In this document: piece after piece, positions 1-7,386 of the stretch
Layout of the letters: each line of letters starts with the position of its first letter
Position numbering within the stretch: the stretch's first letter is position 1
DNA from: a virus
Taxonomy: Duplodnaviria > Heunggongvirae > Uroviricota > Caudoviricetes
IMG/VR virus record: IMGVR_UViG_2690316316_000017
Coordinates: 1 to 19,353 of that record
DNA length: 19,353 nucleotides
Direction: 5' to 3' (one strand)
Made by a program: the position numbers and the translations under genes
Notes under the pieces: generated by a model
Told to the model about the DNA's origin: nothing
The model's database searches: none
Seen by the model: only the letters and a program-made list of their open reading frames with translations

Positions 1-168
1 TCAAGCATTATGCAGGCTGTTTCTTTTTATCACCGGCCACAGCAATACCACAATGCCGCAGACCAGCACCCCATCCGCCAGCACCGACATGATTCTGGTG
101 GTGAAATCCACCATCACCACCAGAAACAGCAGGAGTGCAGCCACAGCCAGGCGCAGTTTTACCGTCAC
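1..168 (-). CDS. small hydrophobic protein, about 55 aa, probable membrane peptide (GTG start)
   Basis: Hand translation of the minus strand: GTG at 168-166 overlaps the TGA stop of the upstream TerB-like gene (GTGA), GGAG lies about 10 nt upstream, and the product VTVKLRLAVAALLLFLVVMVDFTTRIMSVLADGVLVCGIVVLLWPVIKRNSLHNA is strongly hydrophobic. Not in the ORF track (below size cut-off, non-ATG start). The track ORF 8..295 is a different frame. Confidence 0.3.
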   Translation of the reverse strand: MTVKLRLAVAALLLFLVVMVDFTTRIMSVLADGVLVCGIVVLLWPVIKRNSLHNA

Positions 169-596
169 AGGTGATTCTCCAGACGAAGACCCAGAACACC
201 GGCAATCTCTTCCAGCACCTTGCGCTCTTCCGGCTCAATTTCGCCGTCTGCCTCCGCAATGGCCACCGCCACATCCAGCACATCTTCCGCTTCACGCGTA
301 TCGTGTTTCACATCCTCAATCTCGCGTAACGCGGCACGACGACCAATTTTAAAATTGGTATCCAGCTGACCGATAATGGTTGCGCTAATCGCATTAATTT
401 CCGAGGTAAACGCAGACAACGCAGGCTGATTACGTAAGACCTGTTCGATCTTCGCTTTCTCGGATGCCTCGCATTCACCATCTGCATAGGCCACCAGGTA
501 TGCAGCGTTAATCACCGCCTGTGCCAGATCGCGTTTCTCAAACTTTTTAATTTCCGCTGCCGCTCTGCGGGTTTTCTTTTTGAAGATTCCAAACAT
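165..596 (-). CDS. TerB-family (tellurite-resistance-like) protein, about 143 aa
   Basis: Track ORF 165..668 trimmed to the internal ATG at 596 (MFGIFKKK...), which has AGGAA 9 nt upstream. Two repeats of the acidic A-x-ADG-E motif (LVAYADGECEASE, IAEADGEIEPEE) are typical of the TerB fold. Family assignment is from motif recollection only. Confidence 0.55.
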   Translation of the reverse strand: MFGIFKKKTRRAAAEIKKFEKRDLAQAVINAAYLVAYADGECEASEKAKIEQVLRNQPALSAFTSEINAISATIIGQLDTNFKIGRRAALREIEDVKHDTREAEDVLDVAVAIAEADGEIEPEERKVLEEIAGVLGLRLENHL

Positions 597-765
597 CGTG
601 ACGTTCCTTTGGGTGGGTGAGCCAACGCCCGGGAGCGATCTGCCCACAGAGAAAGTCACACTGACCACTCCGTAAGCTCACCCCCGAAAGGCTCTGTGGT
701 TGATATGCGCCGGGCGTGGCGCAGATACAAAAAAGGCCCGCCGAAGCGAGCCTGGAAAATAAGTG

Positions 766-842
766 TGGCGCGTTGTAGTGGAGTCTAACCACTGACCGAT
801 TGCTTAGAAGGCAATTGCTCTGTCCGACTGAGCTAACAACGC
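766..842 (-). tRNA. tRNA-Arg (anticodon UCU), 77 nt, phage-borne
   Basis: Reverse complement GCGTTGTTAGCTCAGTCGGACAGAGCAATTGCCTTCTAAGCAATCGGTCAGTGGTTAGACTCCACTACAACGCGCCA folds as a cloverleaf: acceptor GCGTTGT/ACAACGC, D stem GCTC/GAGC, anticodon stem ATTGC/GCAAT with loop CTTCTAA, T stem AGTGG/CCACT, 3' GCCA. The T loop TTAGACT is non-canonical. Confidence 0.7.
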
Positions 843-922
843 ATGATGCTGATAATGGACCGCCACCGGGGACTCCGAATCTCGCACAGGGTGACGTTCT
901 TTCCTGATGAGCTAGTGGCGGT

Positions 923-998
923 TGGTGGCCCTTGCTGGATTTGAACCAGCGACCTGGCGATTATGAGTCACTCGCTCTCACCACTGAGCTAAAGGGCC
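923..998 (-). tRNA. tRNA with CAU anticodon, most likely tRNA-Ile2 (lysidine type, ileX/ileZ-like), 76 nt
   Basis: Reverse complement GGCCCTTTAGCTCAGTGGTGAGAGCGAGTGACTCATAATCGCCAGGTCGCTGGTTCAAATCCAGCAAGGGCCACCA: acceptor GGCCCTT/AAGGGCC, anticodon loop CTCATAA, T arm GCTGG-TTCAAAT-CCAGC, CCA end. Closely resembles E. coli tRNA-Ile2 as I recall it. Met versus Ile2 cannot be settled from the anticodon alone. Confidence 0.75.
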
Positions 999-1038
999 GA
1001 TAACATAATGATAACGTTACAGAATAAATTCAGCAATA

Positions 1039-2097
1039 TCACTCTCTCTTTCTGATTAAATTCTGTACATCCCTTGCGGTCTGCTCAAAACGTCCGGTCT
1101 CCAGCTCAACGCCAATTGCACGACGCCCCAGTGCATTCGCTGCTTTGACTGTCGAACCGGACCCCATGAAGAAATCTGCAACCAGGTCTCCCGGACGACT
1201 GCTGGCGGTAATCATTTGCCGCAACATATCTGCCGATTTTTCACAGGGATGTTTGCCCGGATAATACTGCACAGGCTTGTGCGTCCAGACATCCGTATAA
1301 GGAACGGCTGCCGATACGGAAAAATAACGCCGCAGTGATTTGTACTCTTCCAGCAGGCTGGCATACTGCCGGTTCAGCTCACTGTATGTGCTGACCAGTT
1401 GGTGATGTGGCTTTTCCAGTTCACCCCGCTGATGTTTCTCTTCTGCCACCCGGGCAAACAGCACCTGAAGTTTTCTGTAATCATCCTCGTTCGGTAACTG
1501 CCACTGGCTGGCACTGAACCAGTGCGACACCATGTTTTTCTTTCCTGTGGCATCCACAATCTGTTTTGCCGTTATCCCCAGAGCAGCACGCGCATCACGA
1601 AAGTAAGAAATCAGCGGGGCCATCACATGCTGTTTCAGTGCCCTGCCCTTCGCCTCATACCCGGCATCTTTCGGGCGATATGGCCCCTGGTAATGTTCAG
1701 CAAACAGAACGCGCTCTGTGGCAGGAAAATATGCGCGCAGACGTTCTTTATTACACCCATTCCAACGTCCGGACGGCTTCGCCCAGATGATATGGTTAAG
1801 CACGTTGAAACGTTCACGCATCATGATCTCAATATCAGATGCCAGGCGATGCCCACAGAACAGGTAAAGGCTTCCGGCAGGTTTTAACACCCGCCAGAAC
1901 TGGGCCAGACAGTGGTCCAGCCACTTAAGGTAATCTTCGTCCCCTTTCCACTGATTGTCCCAACCGTTGGGTTTCACCTTGAAGTAAGGCGGATCGGTAA
2001 CAATCAGGTCAATGGAATCATCAGGCAGGGACTGAATAAAATGCAGGCAATCAGCGTTGATTAAATCAACACTGTTTATTTTTACAGTATTTTTCAT
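1039..2097 (-). CDS. site-specific DNA methyltransferase (N6-adenine/N4-cytosine class, DPPY motif), likely orphan phage MTase
   Basis: 352-aa ORF with IVTDPPYF near the N-terminus and FMGSGST (FxGxG AdoMet motif) near the C-terminus, the order expected for beta-class amino-MTases. No adjacent restriction endonuclease gene. Confidence 0.8.
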   Translation of the reverse strand: MKNTVKINSVDLINADCLHFIQSLPDDSIDLIVTDPPYFKVKPNGWDNQWKGDEDYLKWLDHCLAQFWRVLKPAGSLYLFCGHRLASDIEIMMRERFNVLNHIIWAKPSGRWNGCNKERLRAYFPATERVLFAEHYQGPYRPKDAGYEAKGRALKQHVMAPLISYFRDARAALGITAKQIVDATGKKNMVSHWFSASQWQLPNEDDYRKLQVLFARVAEEKHQRGELEKPHHQLVSTYSELNRQYASLLEEYKSLRRYFSVSAAVPYTDVWTHKPVQYYPGKHPCEKSADMLRQMITASSRPGDLVADFFMGSGSTVKAANALGRRAIGVELETGRFEQTARDVQNLIRKRE

Positions 2098-2247
2098 GGA
2101 TCAGTAAGCGTAACTCTGGTAGGCTCACTCTGCTTTTGCGCTAAAGCAGTGGGCCGTGGTTCGCTTGTGACCAGTAAGCATGAGCGAATGGCTGGCAGGT
2201 GCTACCAACACCCACCAGCCGCCCATTTTCACAGCAGGAAACCGCCA

Positions 2248-2451
2248 TTACTGGCAGCGTCTGAATTTATTCCCGTACCCGCCGTTATCCTTCGCCAGAC
2301 CCGCCAGAACTAACTGAGTCAGTATTAACTGGCACTGGGCTTCGCTTACTCCGGTAGTTCTCGTCATCATGCGTGGCGTTACCCACTTTTCAGCAGGTAA
2401 GAAATGAAGGACTGCGGCGGCGGTTTCTGTCATATCTTGCTGTTTTATCAT
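2248..2451 (-). CDS. hypothetical small protein, about 67 aa, possible helix-turn-helix
   Basis: Track ORF 2248..2475 trimmed to the ATG at 2451, which has a purine-rich AAGGGAA upstream. First ORF after the putative late-operon terminator. Function unknown. Confidence 0.4.
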   Translation of the reverse strand: MIKQQDMTETAAAVLHFLPAEKWVTPRMMTRTTGVSEAQCQLILTQLVLAGLAKDNGGYGNKFRRCQ

Positions 2452-2573
2452 GTCTTTTTCCCTTCTGGTTAACATGACATACCAATAACTCTTGTCTAAA
2501 AAGCCAGCAAGATAAAAAGTCAGTATTCACGACCACCAGCGTGTTTACTGTACTGCACCAAGTTTACAGGTAC

Positions 2574-2594
2574 AAAAAACCGCTCGACGGCGGG
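2574..2594 (-). terminator. short intrinsic terminator on the minus strand (candidate tR'-like late-operon terminator)
   Basis: Minus-strand RNA CCGC-CGUCGA-GCGG followed by UUUUUU (plus-strand A6 at 2574-2579). The stem is only 4 bp, so it is weak. Confidence 0.35.
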
Positions 2595-2728
2595 TTTAAG
2601 CTGTGTGGCGAAGTAACCACTCTTAACAGATTAAGATAAAATTTGCGGACCGCGGTAATTTTTTTTGCTAAATTAAAGCCATATAAAAATAAGCCCCATA
2701 AGAAATTATTAGCATACTAAGGTTTAGC

Positions 2729-3670
2729 ATGGCTACTATTGCGCAATCAAAGAAACAAAAAAAACTTAAAATTGGTTTTTACACCAGCAGTTCTGGGACT
2801 ATCCGCAGCCATTCAGTTGCTAAGCAAGCAATTGAAAATCTGTATAATACTTGCGTAACCGTTACGAATAATCATTTTGATACCATCTATAGAAATAAAA
2901 AGTTAAAAATAGCTTTTATAAATAAAGATACAAAAGCTAAATATTTCTTCGGCTACATGTCATGCTCACGAGAAGAGTATCTCCTTCCTTATATTGGTGA
3001 TGAACACTGGAATGAGCACAACATACCACTAGATGATAAAAAATACATAGTCGAAAGAACCTATTTTTTATATTATTACGATAGTGATATTTTAATATTA
3101 ACTCAAAATCATCTTGGGCCGAAAGAATCGGATTTAGCTTATCTGCTTTACAGCCAGAGTGGTAATCCTGGAAATAACTTTGCATTCCAAGCCATCTGGA
3201 AAAAAGAGAGCGTCAAAGAGCTACTTGAAACAGGAAGTACTTTGAGAAGTTGTGATATTGTCCTGGCTGCTCCCAGGAACTTTGATGCAACAAATTACCA
3301 GCTAAATAGTTCATTTTCTAAGGAACTGGTAAATATGATGGTAGGGCTGGGTGGAACACGTCTCAAGTTAAATCTAAGGGGACGTGCATCAGGGAGAGTA
3401 AAAGTCAAAGGTTATTTATCAGATCTCGTTAAGGATGGTATTAAAGAACTCCTTGAAAAAATGCCGGGAATTGTAAAAAAAGCGGCAGTAACACAGCCCA
3501 AAAATACCGTTGAACAAAGTCTTCTTGATCAGGTACTCATTTCAGAAAAAAACATATATACCGTTAATGGTTATGGCACTGATAGTGATGTTCTGCAAGC
3601 CATGATTTCTGCTAAAATTGATAACAATGAATACCTTAAGCAATACGATATCAGCAAAAAGAAGGTATAG
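2729..3670 (+). CDS. hypothetical 313-aa soluble protein, first gene of the AT-rich two-gene cassette
   Basis: Long ORF with AAGG 6 nt upstream of the ATG. AT-rich codon usage unlike the flanking phage genes. Opposite strand to Q and the late genes. No catalytic motif recognised. Confidence 0.75.
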   Translation: MATIAQSKKQKKLKIGFYTSSSGTIRSHSVAKQAIENLYNTCVTVTNNHFDTIYRNKKLKIAFINKDTKAKYFFGYMSCSREEYLLPYIGDEHWNEHNIPLDDKKYIVERTYFLYYYDSDILILTQNHLGPKESDLAYLLYSQSGNPGNNFAFQAIWKKESVKELLETGSTLRSCDIVLAAPRNFDATNYQLNSSFSKELVNMMVGLGGTRLKLNLRGRASGRVKVKGYLSDLVKDGIKELLEKMPGIVKKAAVTQPKNTVEQSLLDQVLISEKNIYTVNGYGTDSDVLQAMISAKIDNNEYLKQYDISKKKV

Positions 3671-3673
3671 GAT

Positions 3674-4117
3674 ATGTTATTGAAATACTTAAGAAACCTG
3701 ATTGTAAGTGTTTTTTGCACCTTGTTCCTACTGAGGTATATCCCTCAGATGGGGCATGCTGACATACTTACAGCCTCCGGGGTTATTTCAACTGTATCCG
3801 GTATTTTATTTGGTTTTATTTTAGCCACAATATCAATTTTTAGTGCTGCTAGCGAAAACTCAAATGGAATAATAAAAGCATTAAAAAACAACAACATACT
3901 TCAAGTTATTATTGTAAATCTATTAACCGCAGGTGCATCTTTAATTACGGCATGCGTTATTGCTTTGATAGCAATGTTTGCCAATGAAAAGACATTGTTA
4001 CATGGAGAAAAAATAGAATTTATTTTAATTATCGAATCGTTATCTCTTCTTATCATTTCAGTAATAACTTTTGCCTTTACATGGAGAAAAGTAAACTGGA
4101 TACTCCCCCACATTTAA
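3674..4117 (+). CDS. hypothetical 147-aa multi-pass membrane protein (3-4 predicted TM helices), second gene of the cassette
   Basis: Starts 4 nt after the upstream stop. Hydrophobic stretches LIVSVFCTLFLL, ILTASGVISTVSGILFGFILATISIFSAA, ILQVIIVNLLTAGASLITACVIALIAMF, IEFILIIESLSLLIISVITFAFTW. Ends directly at the terminator. Confidence 0.7.
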   Translation: MLLKYLRNLIVSVFCTLFLLRYIPQMGHADILTASGVISTVSGILFGFILATISIFSAASENSNGIIKALKNNNILQVIIVNLLTAGASLITACVIALIAMFANEKTLLHGEKIEFILIIESLSLLIISVITFAFTWRKVNWILPHI

Positions 4118-4140
4118 AAAGGGCAGAAATGCCCTTTTTT
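4116..4140. terminator. bidirectional rho-independent terminator between the cassette and Q
   Basis: AAAAAGGGCA-GAAA-TGCCCTTTTTT: perfect GC-rich stem flanked by an A-run and a T-run, abutting the cassette stop (4117) and the Q stop (4141). Confidence 0.7.
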
Positions 4141-4503
4141 CTACTCCATTTCAAGTTTAACATCCAGCATTGAAAGGCATCCATCAATAAACCCTTCAGC
4201 CATCTGTATCTCTATACGTATCAATTTCTCATCTTTTTTGCGAGCTCTTGCAAGCTTTCTTTTCGAGATGCCATACAGGTAATGGGCCACAATCAAAGAA
4301 TGCTCGTACGGTTTTCGCTTTTTAAGAAGAGCAAGACAACCTTCAATAATTAATGCATCACTATCTGAACAAGCCTGACGTGTTTTGCTTGTATAGGGAA
4401 GAAGCCCTTTAAACCCAGCAGCTATAGGAGAATAGTCTACTCCTGAACTATCACTCGCCGCCCATGCTCCCCAACGATCCAGAACCATTTGAATATCACG
4501 CAT
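4141..4503 (-). CDS. late-gene antitermination protein Q (short QuuD-like type), about 120 aa
   Basis: N-terminus MRDIQMVLDRWGAWAA... matches my recollection of DLP12 QuuD-type Q proteins. The track ORF starts at TTG 4518; the ATG at 4503 has GGAG 8 nt upstream. Sits at the end of the nin-like region, as Q does. Confidence 0.75.
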   Translation of the reverse strand: MRDIQMVLDRWGAWAASDSSGVDYSPIAAGFKGLLPYTSKTRQACSDSDALIIEGCLALLKKRKPYEHSLIVAHYLYGISKRKLARARKKDEKLIRIEIQMAEGFIDGCLSMLDVKLEME

Positions 4504-4520
4504 CAACTTTCTCCACAAAA

Positions 4521-5510
4521 TCAGGCCAGCACGCCAATTGCCAGCGCACGATCGATAAAACGAAATATCAGCTCCAGCTGGGAGCCATACTTCTCTTCAA
4601 ATGCCACGGTATCCGCATGCAGCTCGTCGTGATGCTTTCTGCACAAAGGCAACACAAAGAGGTCATGCGCTTTTGTTCCCATTCCACCCTGACCGTGACC
4701 TATCAGGTGGTGGGGATCATCAGCGGGCTTTCCACAACATGCACACGGCTGTGTCTTAACCCAGCGCGTGTACTTTTCATTAACCCAGCGGCGACGTTTT
4801 GGGCGTAACATAAAAGACTCCGGCGACTCCGGATCCACTTTCAGCGCCAGCACCTTTTTCGCCTTATCCTGGATGATGCTGGTGGCAGGAACCGAAGGCA
4901 CAAGGTCACTTTCCCGGGTAACAGACGGCACAACAGGCTTCGGTAATCTCAGTGCCTTACGGGCTGCACTTTCCGGTAAGGCATCCGCCAGATCATTACG
5001 AATCAGCCACCAGCACAGTTCCGGCATTGTCACAACGTGACTGTCATCAAAACCGAGATCCCGACGCACAACAGACAACACCCAGCGGGCACAGTTATCC
5101 GTTGCCATTGATTCCAGCCGTTCCGTGAACTGATCGCGCAGCTGGTTATCGCAGTGCCAGCACAGACGGATTGCACCCGGAGCGTGTCGCATTGTGGTCA
5201 TGTTCTCGCTGTGCCAGTCGGAATGAGGCCACTGGCAGCCTTTTTCACGAAGTAACCAGCTTTCAAGACATTCCACGCCACCAGCACGACGGATCACTGC
5301 CTCATTGCGGAACACGGCCCGAACGGCAGGATCATCCGCCAGCGGTTGTGATGCCGCCGGAACGGCACCACTGGCGAAAGATGAATAACGCTCCGGCTCA
5401 GGCTCCAGCAGGACACGCCCCTGCATAAACAGGGGCATCAGCTCTGAACCTGGCCTGAACAATACGATCCCCATACGCGGGGCAATTTCAGGGGTCAGTA
5501 GTGCTCTCAC
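4521..5510 (-). CDS. DUF968-like phage protein (putative nuclease domain)
   Basis: C-terminal Cys/His-rich block (CACCGKPADDPHHLIGHGQGGMGTKAHDLFVLPLCRKHHDELH) resembles the DUF968 signature of lambdoid nin-region proteins. GTG start; exact start uncertain between 5516 and 5510. Confidence 0.65.
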   Translation of the reverse strand: MRALLTPEIAPRMGIVLFRPGSELMPLFMQGRVLLEPEPERYSSFASGAVPAASQPLADDPAVRAVFRNEAVIRRAGGVECLESWLLREKGCQWPHSDWHSENMTTMRHAPGAIRLCWHCDNQLRDQFTERLESMATDNCARWVLSVVRRDLGFDDSHVVTMPELCWWLIRNDLADALPESAARKALRLPKPVVPSVTRESDLVPSVPATSIIQDKAKKVLALKVDPESPESFMLRPKRRRWVNEKYTRWVKTQPCACCGKPADDPHHLIGHGQGGMGTKAHDLFVLPLCRKHHDELHADTVAFEEKYGSQLELIFRFIDRALAIGVLA

Positions 5511-5517
5511 GGTCACC

Positions 5518-6327
5518 TCAATGAACGGTATCGAGCAGCTTTAACAGCTCAGGGAATCGGGATTCGAAGAAATGCGGCTGCGTCTCGCGCGGATTTGCGG
5601 GACTGGTGATGTTCTTGCCGAACATGCAGCCTTTCGCTGTCAGCGACCAGAATTTTTTGATGTTGTTAATCGCGGTACGACTGTATCGTTCGCGCTGCTC
5701 GACGATCCCCAGTTTCACCATCTGGTGATATGCCTGATTAGCCGTCAGGCGTATACCATACTGTTTCAGCAGTGCACTCAGTGACAGTGTCGGGCGACTT
5801 GAGCCATCGTGTGCATCAGCAGGAGCATCAATGGCATAGCGCGGTGCCAGATTCGGTAAGCCAACAGCCTCCTGGAGTTTCTGACAGGCACCAAGCACAG
5901 ATGAGTTAGACAGGTTTAACTCCCGACGCATAAAGTCCAGCAGAATCACACCAGCCTGCATCTTGTCAGCAGCCTGTCCGGATAATTTTTCCGGTGCGCT
6001 GGTTACCATGTCGAAAGTACGGATCACCTTAAGATGGAATGACGGGCTTATCCACATTGCATAGGCATACACCAGTTCTTTGCAGACATACGTTCCCCGT
6101 TCATTTCCCCCATGAATCACACTCACCGGGTCAACACCCAAATTCTGGGTGTTGGTCAATTCATGAACAAGTTCAACAGTTTGTTGGCTGGAAAGAAACT
6201 TTCCTGGCTCCTTGGTTCTGGCATTTGCACCAGATGCTACTGCTGCGCGATGTAGATCGTTCAGGCTGTAACGCCCATAAACATCACGACGAACTTCAAT
6301 ACCATCAATGACCATCAGATTATTCAT
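5518..6327 (-). CDS. KilA-N domain antirepressor-like protein (Roi/Ant-like)
   Basis: N-terminal KilA-N-like block (...GTYVCKELVYAYAMWISPSFHLKVIRTF...). Start taken at the ATG at 6327 (MNNLMVIDG...), which has AGGAG 9 nt upstream, rather than the GTG used by the track. Confidence 0.7.
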   Translation of the reverse strand: MNNLMVIDGIEVRRDVYGRYSLNDLHRAAVASGANARTKEPGKFLSSQQTVELVHELTNTQNLGVDPVSVIHGGNERGTYVCKELVYAYAMWISPSFHLKVIRTFDMVTSAPEKLSGQAADKMQAGVILLDFMRRELNLSNSSVLGACQKLQEAVGLPNLAPRYAIDAPADAHDGSSRPTLSLSALLKQYGIRLTANQAYHQMVKLGIVEQRERYSRTAINNIKKFWSLTAKGCMFGKNITSPANPRETQPHFFESRFPELLKLLDTVH

Positions 6328-6346
6328 ACTTCGTTTCTCCTCTTGA

Positions 6347-6736
6347 TCAGGCGGCTGCACCCGCCGTTTTCTCGTACTTACTGATAGTGATCTCGACCTT
6401 CCCTTTCGGGATAACCGGTCCCCACTCCACCAGCATTCTTTTCACCTGACTGTCGTCTTCCCACACACCCGCGTGGGTCAGGGCGTCAAACAGCGCCTTG
6501 TTATAGTTGTCCAGATCGCGGATCCTGTTATCCGGAGGAAACAACACGATCTCCACTGAAGCAGGTGCCGACGTTGGTTTCGGCAGACGACGTAACTGCT
6601 CAATGATGGCGGCACACGCCGCGCTCTGAAATTTTCGCCCCGCCTCGCTTATCAGGCTCTTACCAGCAAATGCCCCTTTGTTGGGGTGTCGCCAGTACGT
6701 GTTCACGCTGGGCGGAAAAGGCAGTATTAGCTTCAT
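6347..6736 (-). CDS. rusA: RusA-family Holliday-junction resolvase (crossover junction endodeoxyribonuclease)
   Basis: 129 aa with N-terminal MKLILPFPPSVNTYW and acidic residues in the DLDNYNKALFDAL block, typical of RusA. ATGA overlap with the upstream MTase stop. Confidence 0.85.
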   Translation of the reverse strand: MKLILPFPPSVNTYWRHPNKGAFAGKSLISEAGRKFQSAACAAIIEQLRRLPKPTSAPASVEIVLFPPDNRIRDLDNYNKALFDALTHAGVWEDDSQVKRMLVEWGPVIPKGKVEITISKYEKTAGAAA

Positions 6737-7386
6737 GCCACCATCTCCCTGACCAGTTTTTCCGCCTGCTGGCGAACCTGCGCCAGAAATGCCTCACCAC
6801 ATGCCTCAAGTTCATCGCGCCCGATGTAGCTGATTGCCGGTCCCTTCCAGGTCTTGTCGAAAACAGCAATAGCACCAGCGAAGAAAGCACCTGTTGGCAC
6901 CTGCTTTTCGTCTTTCGGGATAAACCAGGCAGGCAGTTCAAAACCAATACGCCCGCGAATAAAAGCAATATGATCTGCACCTTCCGGCCACCACACTTCG
7001 CCGGTGGCAGCTTTGATCAGGAAAACATAGCGCCCGCCTTTATCACGCATGGCACTGGCATGCTTCATGATGTAACGCATGCCGGTGATGTATTGCCCCT
7101 CATGCTGACTGGCGCGGCTGTACGGGGGATTGCCAAAGGCAGCACCTTTAAGCTCCGCAAGACGTTCTGACCAGTCATGCGCCAGCGCGTTGTCTTCCGC
7201 CGTGTAATACGCGGCACATTTGGCGTTATCACCGTCAGTGAACAGATCCAGAACAAACGGACCAAACAAGGTGTTAATTCCCCAGAAAATGTTGTCCGGC
7301 GTGCGCCACTGATCGCCCACTTCCTTCAGTTCATGGGCTGGTTTGTTCCGCAGTTCTACCAGCGCCTGGCAATATTTATTACTCAT
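6733..7386 (-). CDS. phage Dam-like N6-adenine DNA methyltransferase
   Basis: 217 aa with the catalytic motif NPPY (GAAFGNPPYSRA), matching the phage N-6-adenine-methyltransferase family. Lies between the replication gene and rusA, as in other lambdoid phages. Confidence 0.8.
   Translation of the reverse strand: MSNKYCQALVELRNKPAHELKEVGDQWRTPDNIFWGINTLFGPFVLDLFTDGDNAKCAAYYTAEDNALAHDWSERLAELKGAAFGNPPYSRASQHEGQYITGMRYIMKHASAMRDKGGRYVFLIKAATGEVWWPEGADHIAFIRGRIGFELPAWFIPKDEKQVPTGAFFAGAIAVFDKTWKGPAISYIGRDELEACGEAFLAQVRQQAEKLVREMVA

Noticed and set aside
8-352. Track ORFs 8..295 (-), 53..352 (+) and 135..329 (+)
   Set aside because: All overlap the TerB-like gene or the small membrane ORF in other frames or on the antisense strand. 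Their products are low-complexity (R/W/G-rich or P/S/T-rich) and lack credible starts. The GTG-initiated frame at 1..168 is the more plausible coding frame.
547-792. Track ORF 547..792 (-), 81 aa
   Set aside because: Runs across the TerB-like start region and into the tRNA-Arg gene; no SD; sequence is not protein-like.
1374-1887. Four nested track ORFs inside the DPPY methyltransferase gene (1374..1559, 1522..1887, 1566..1790, 1635..1817)
   Set aside because: Alternative-frame or antisense ORFs wholly inside a well-supported 352-aa gene with recognisable motifs.
2128-2150. Hairpin CTGCTTT-TGCGCT-AAAGCAG between the small late ORF and the MTase
   Set aside because: Perfect 7-bp stem but no flanking U-tract on either strand and no other context; too little to call a terminator or regulatory element.
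2937-4113. Antisense ORFs 2937..3185 (-) and 3901..4113 (-) inside the cassette genes
   Set aside because: Embedded antisense to long ORFs in AT-rich DNA, where stop-free antisense frames arise easily; no ribosome-binding sites.
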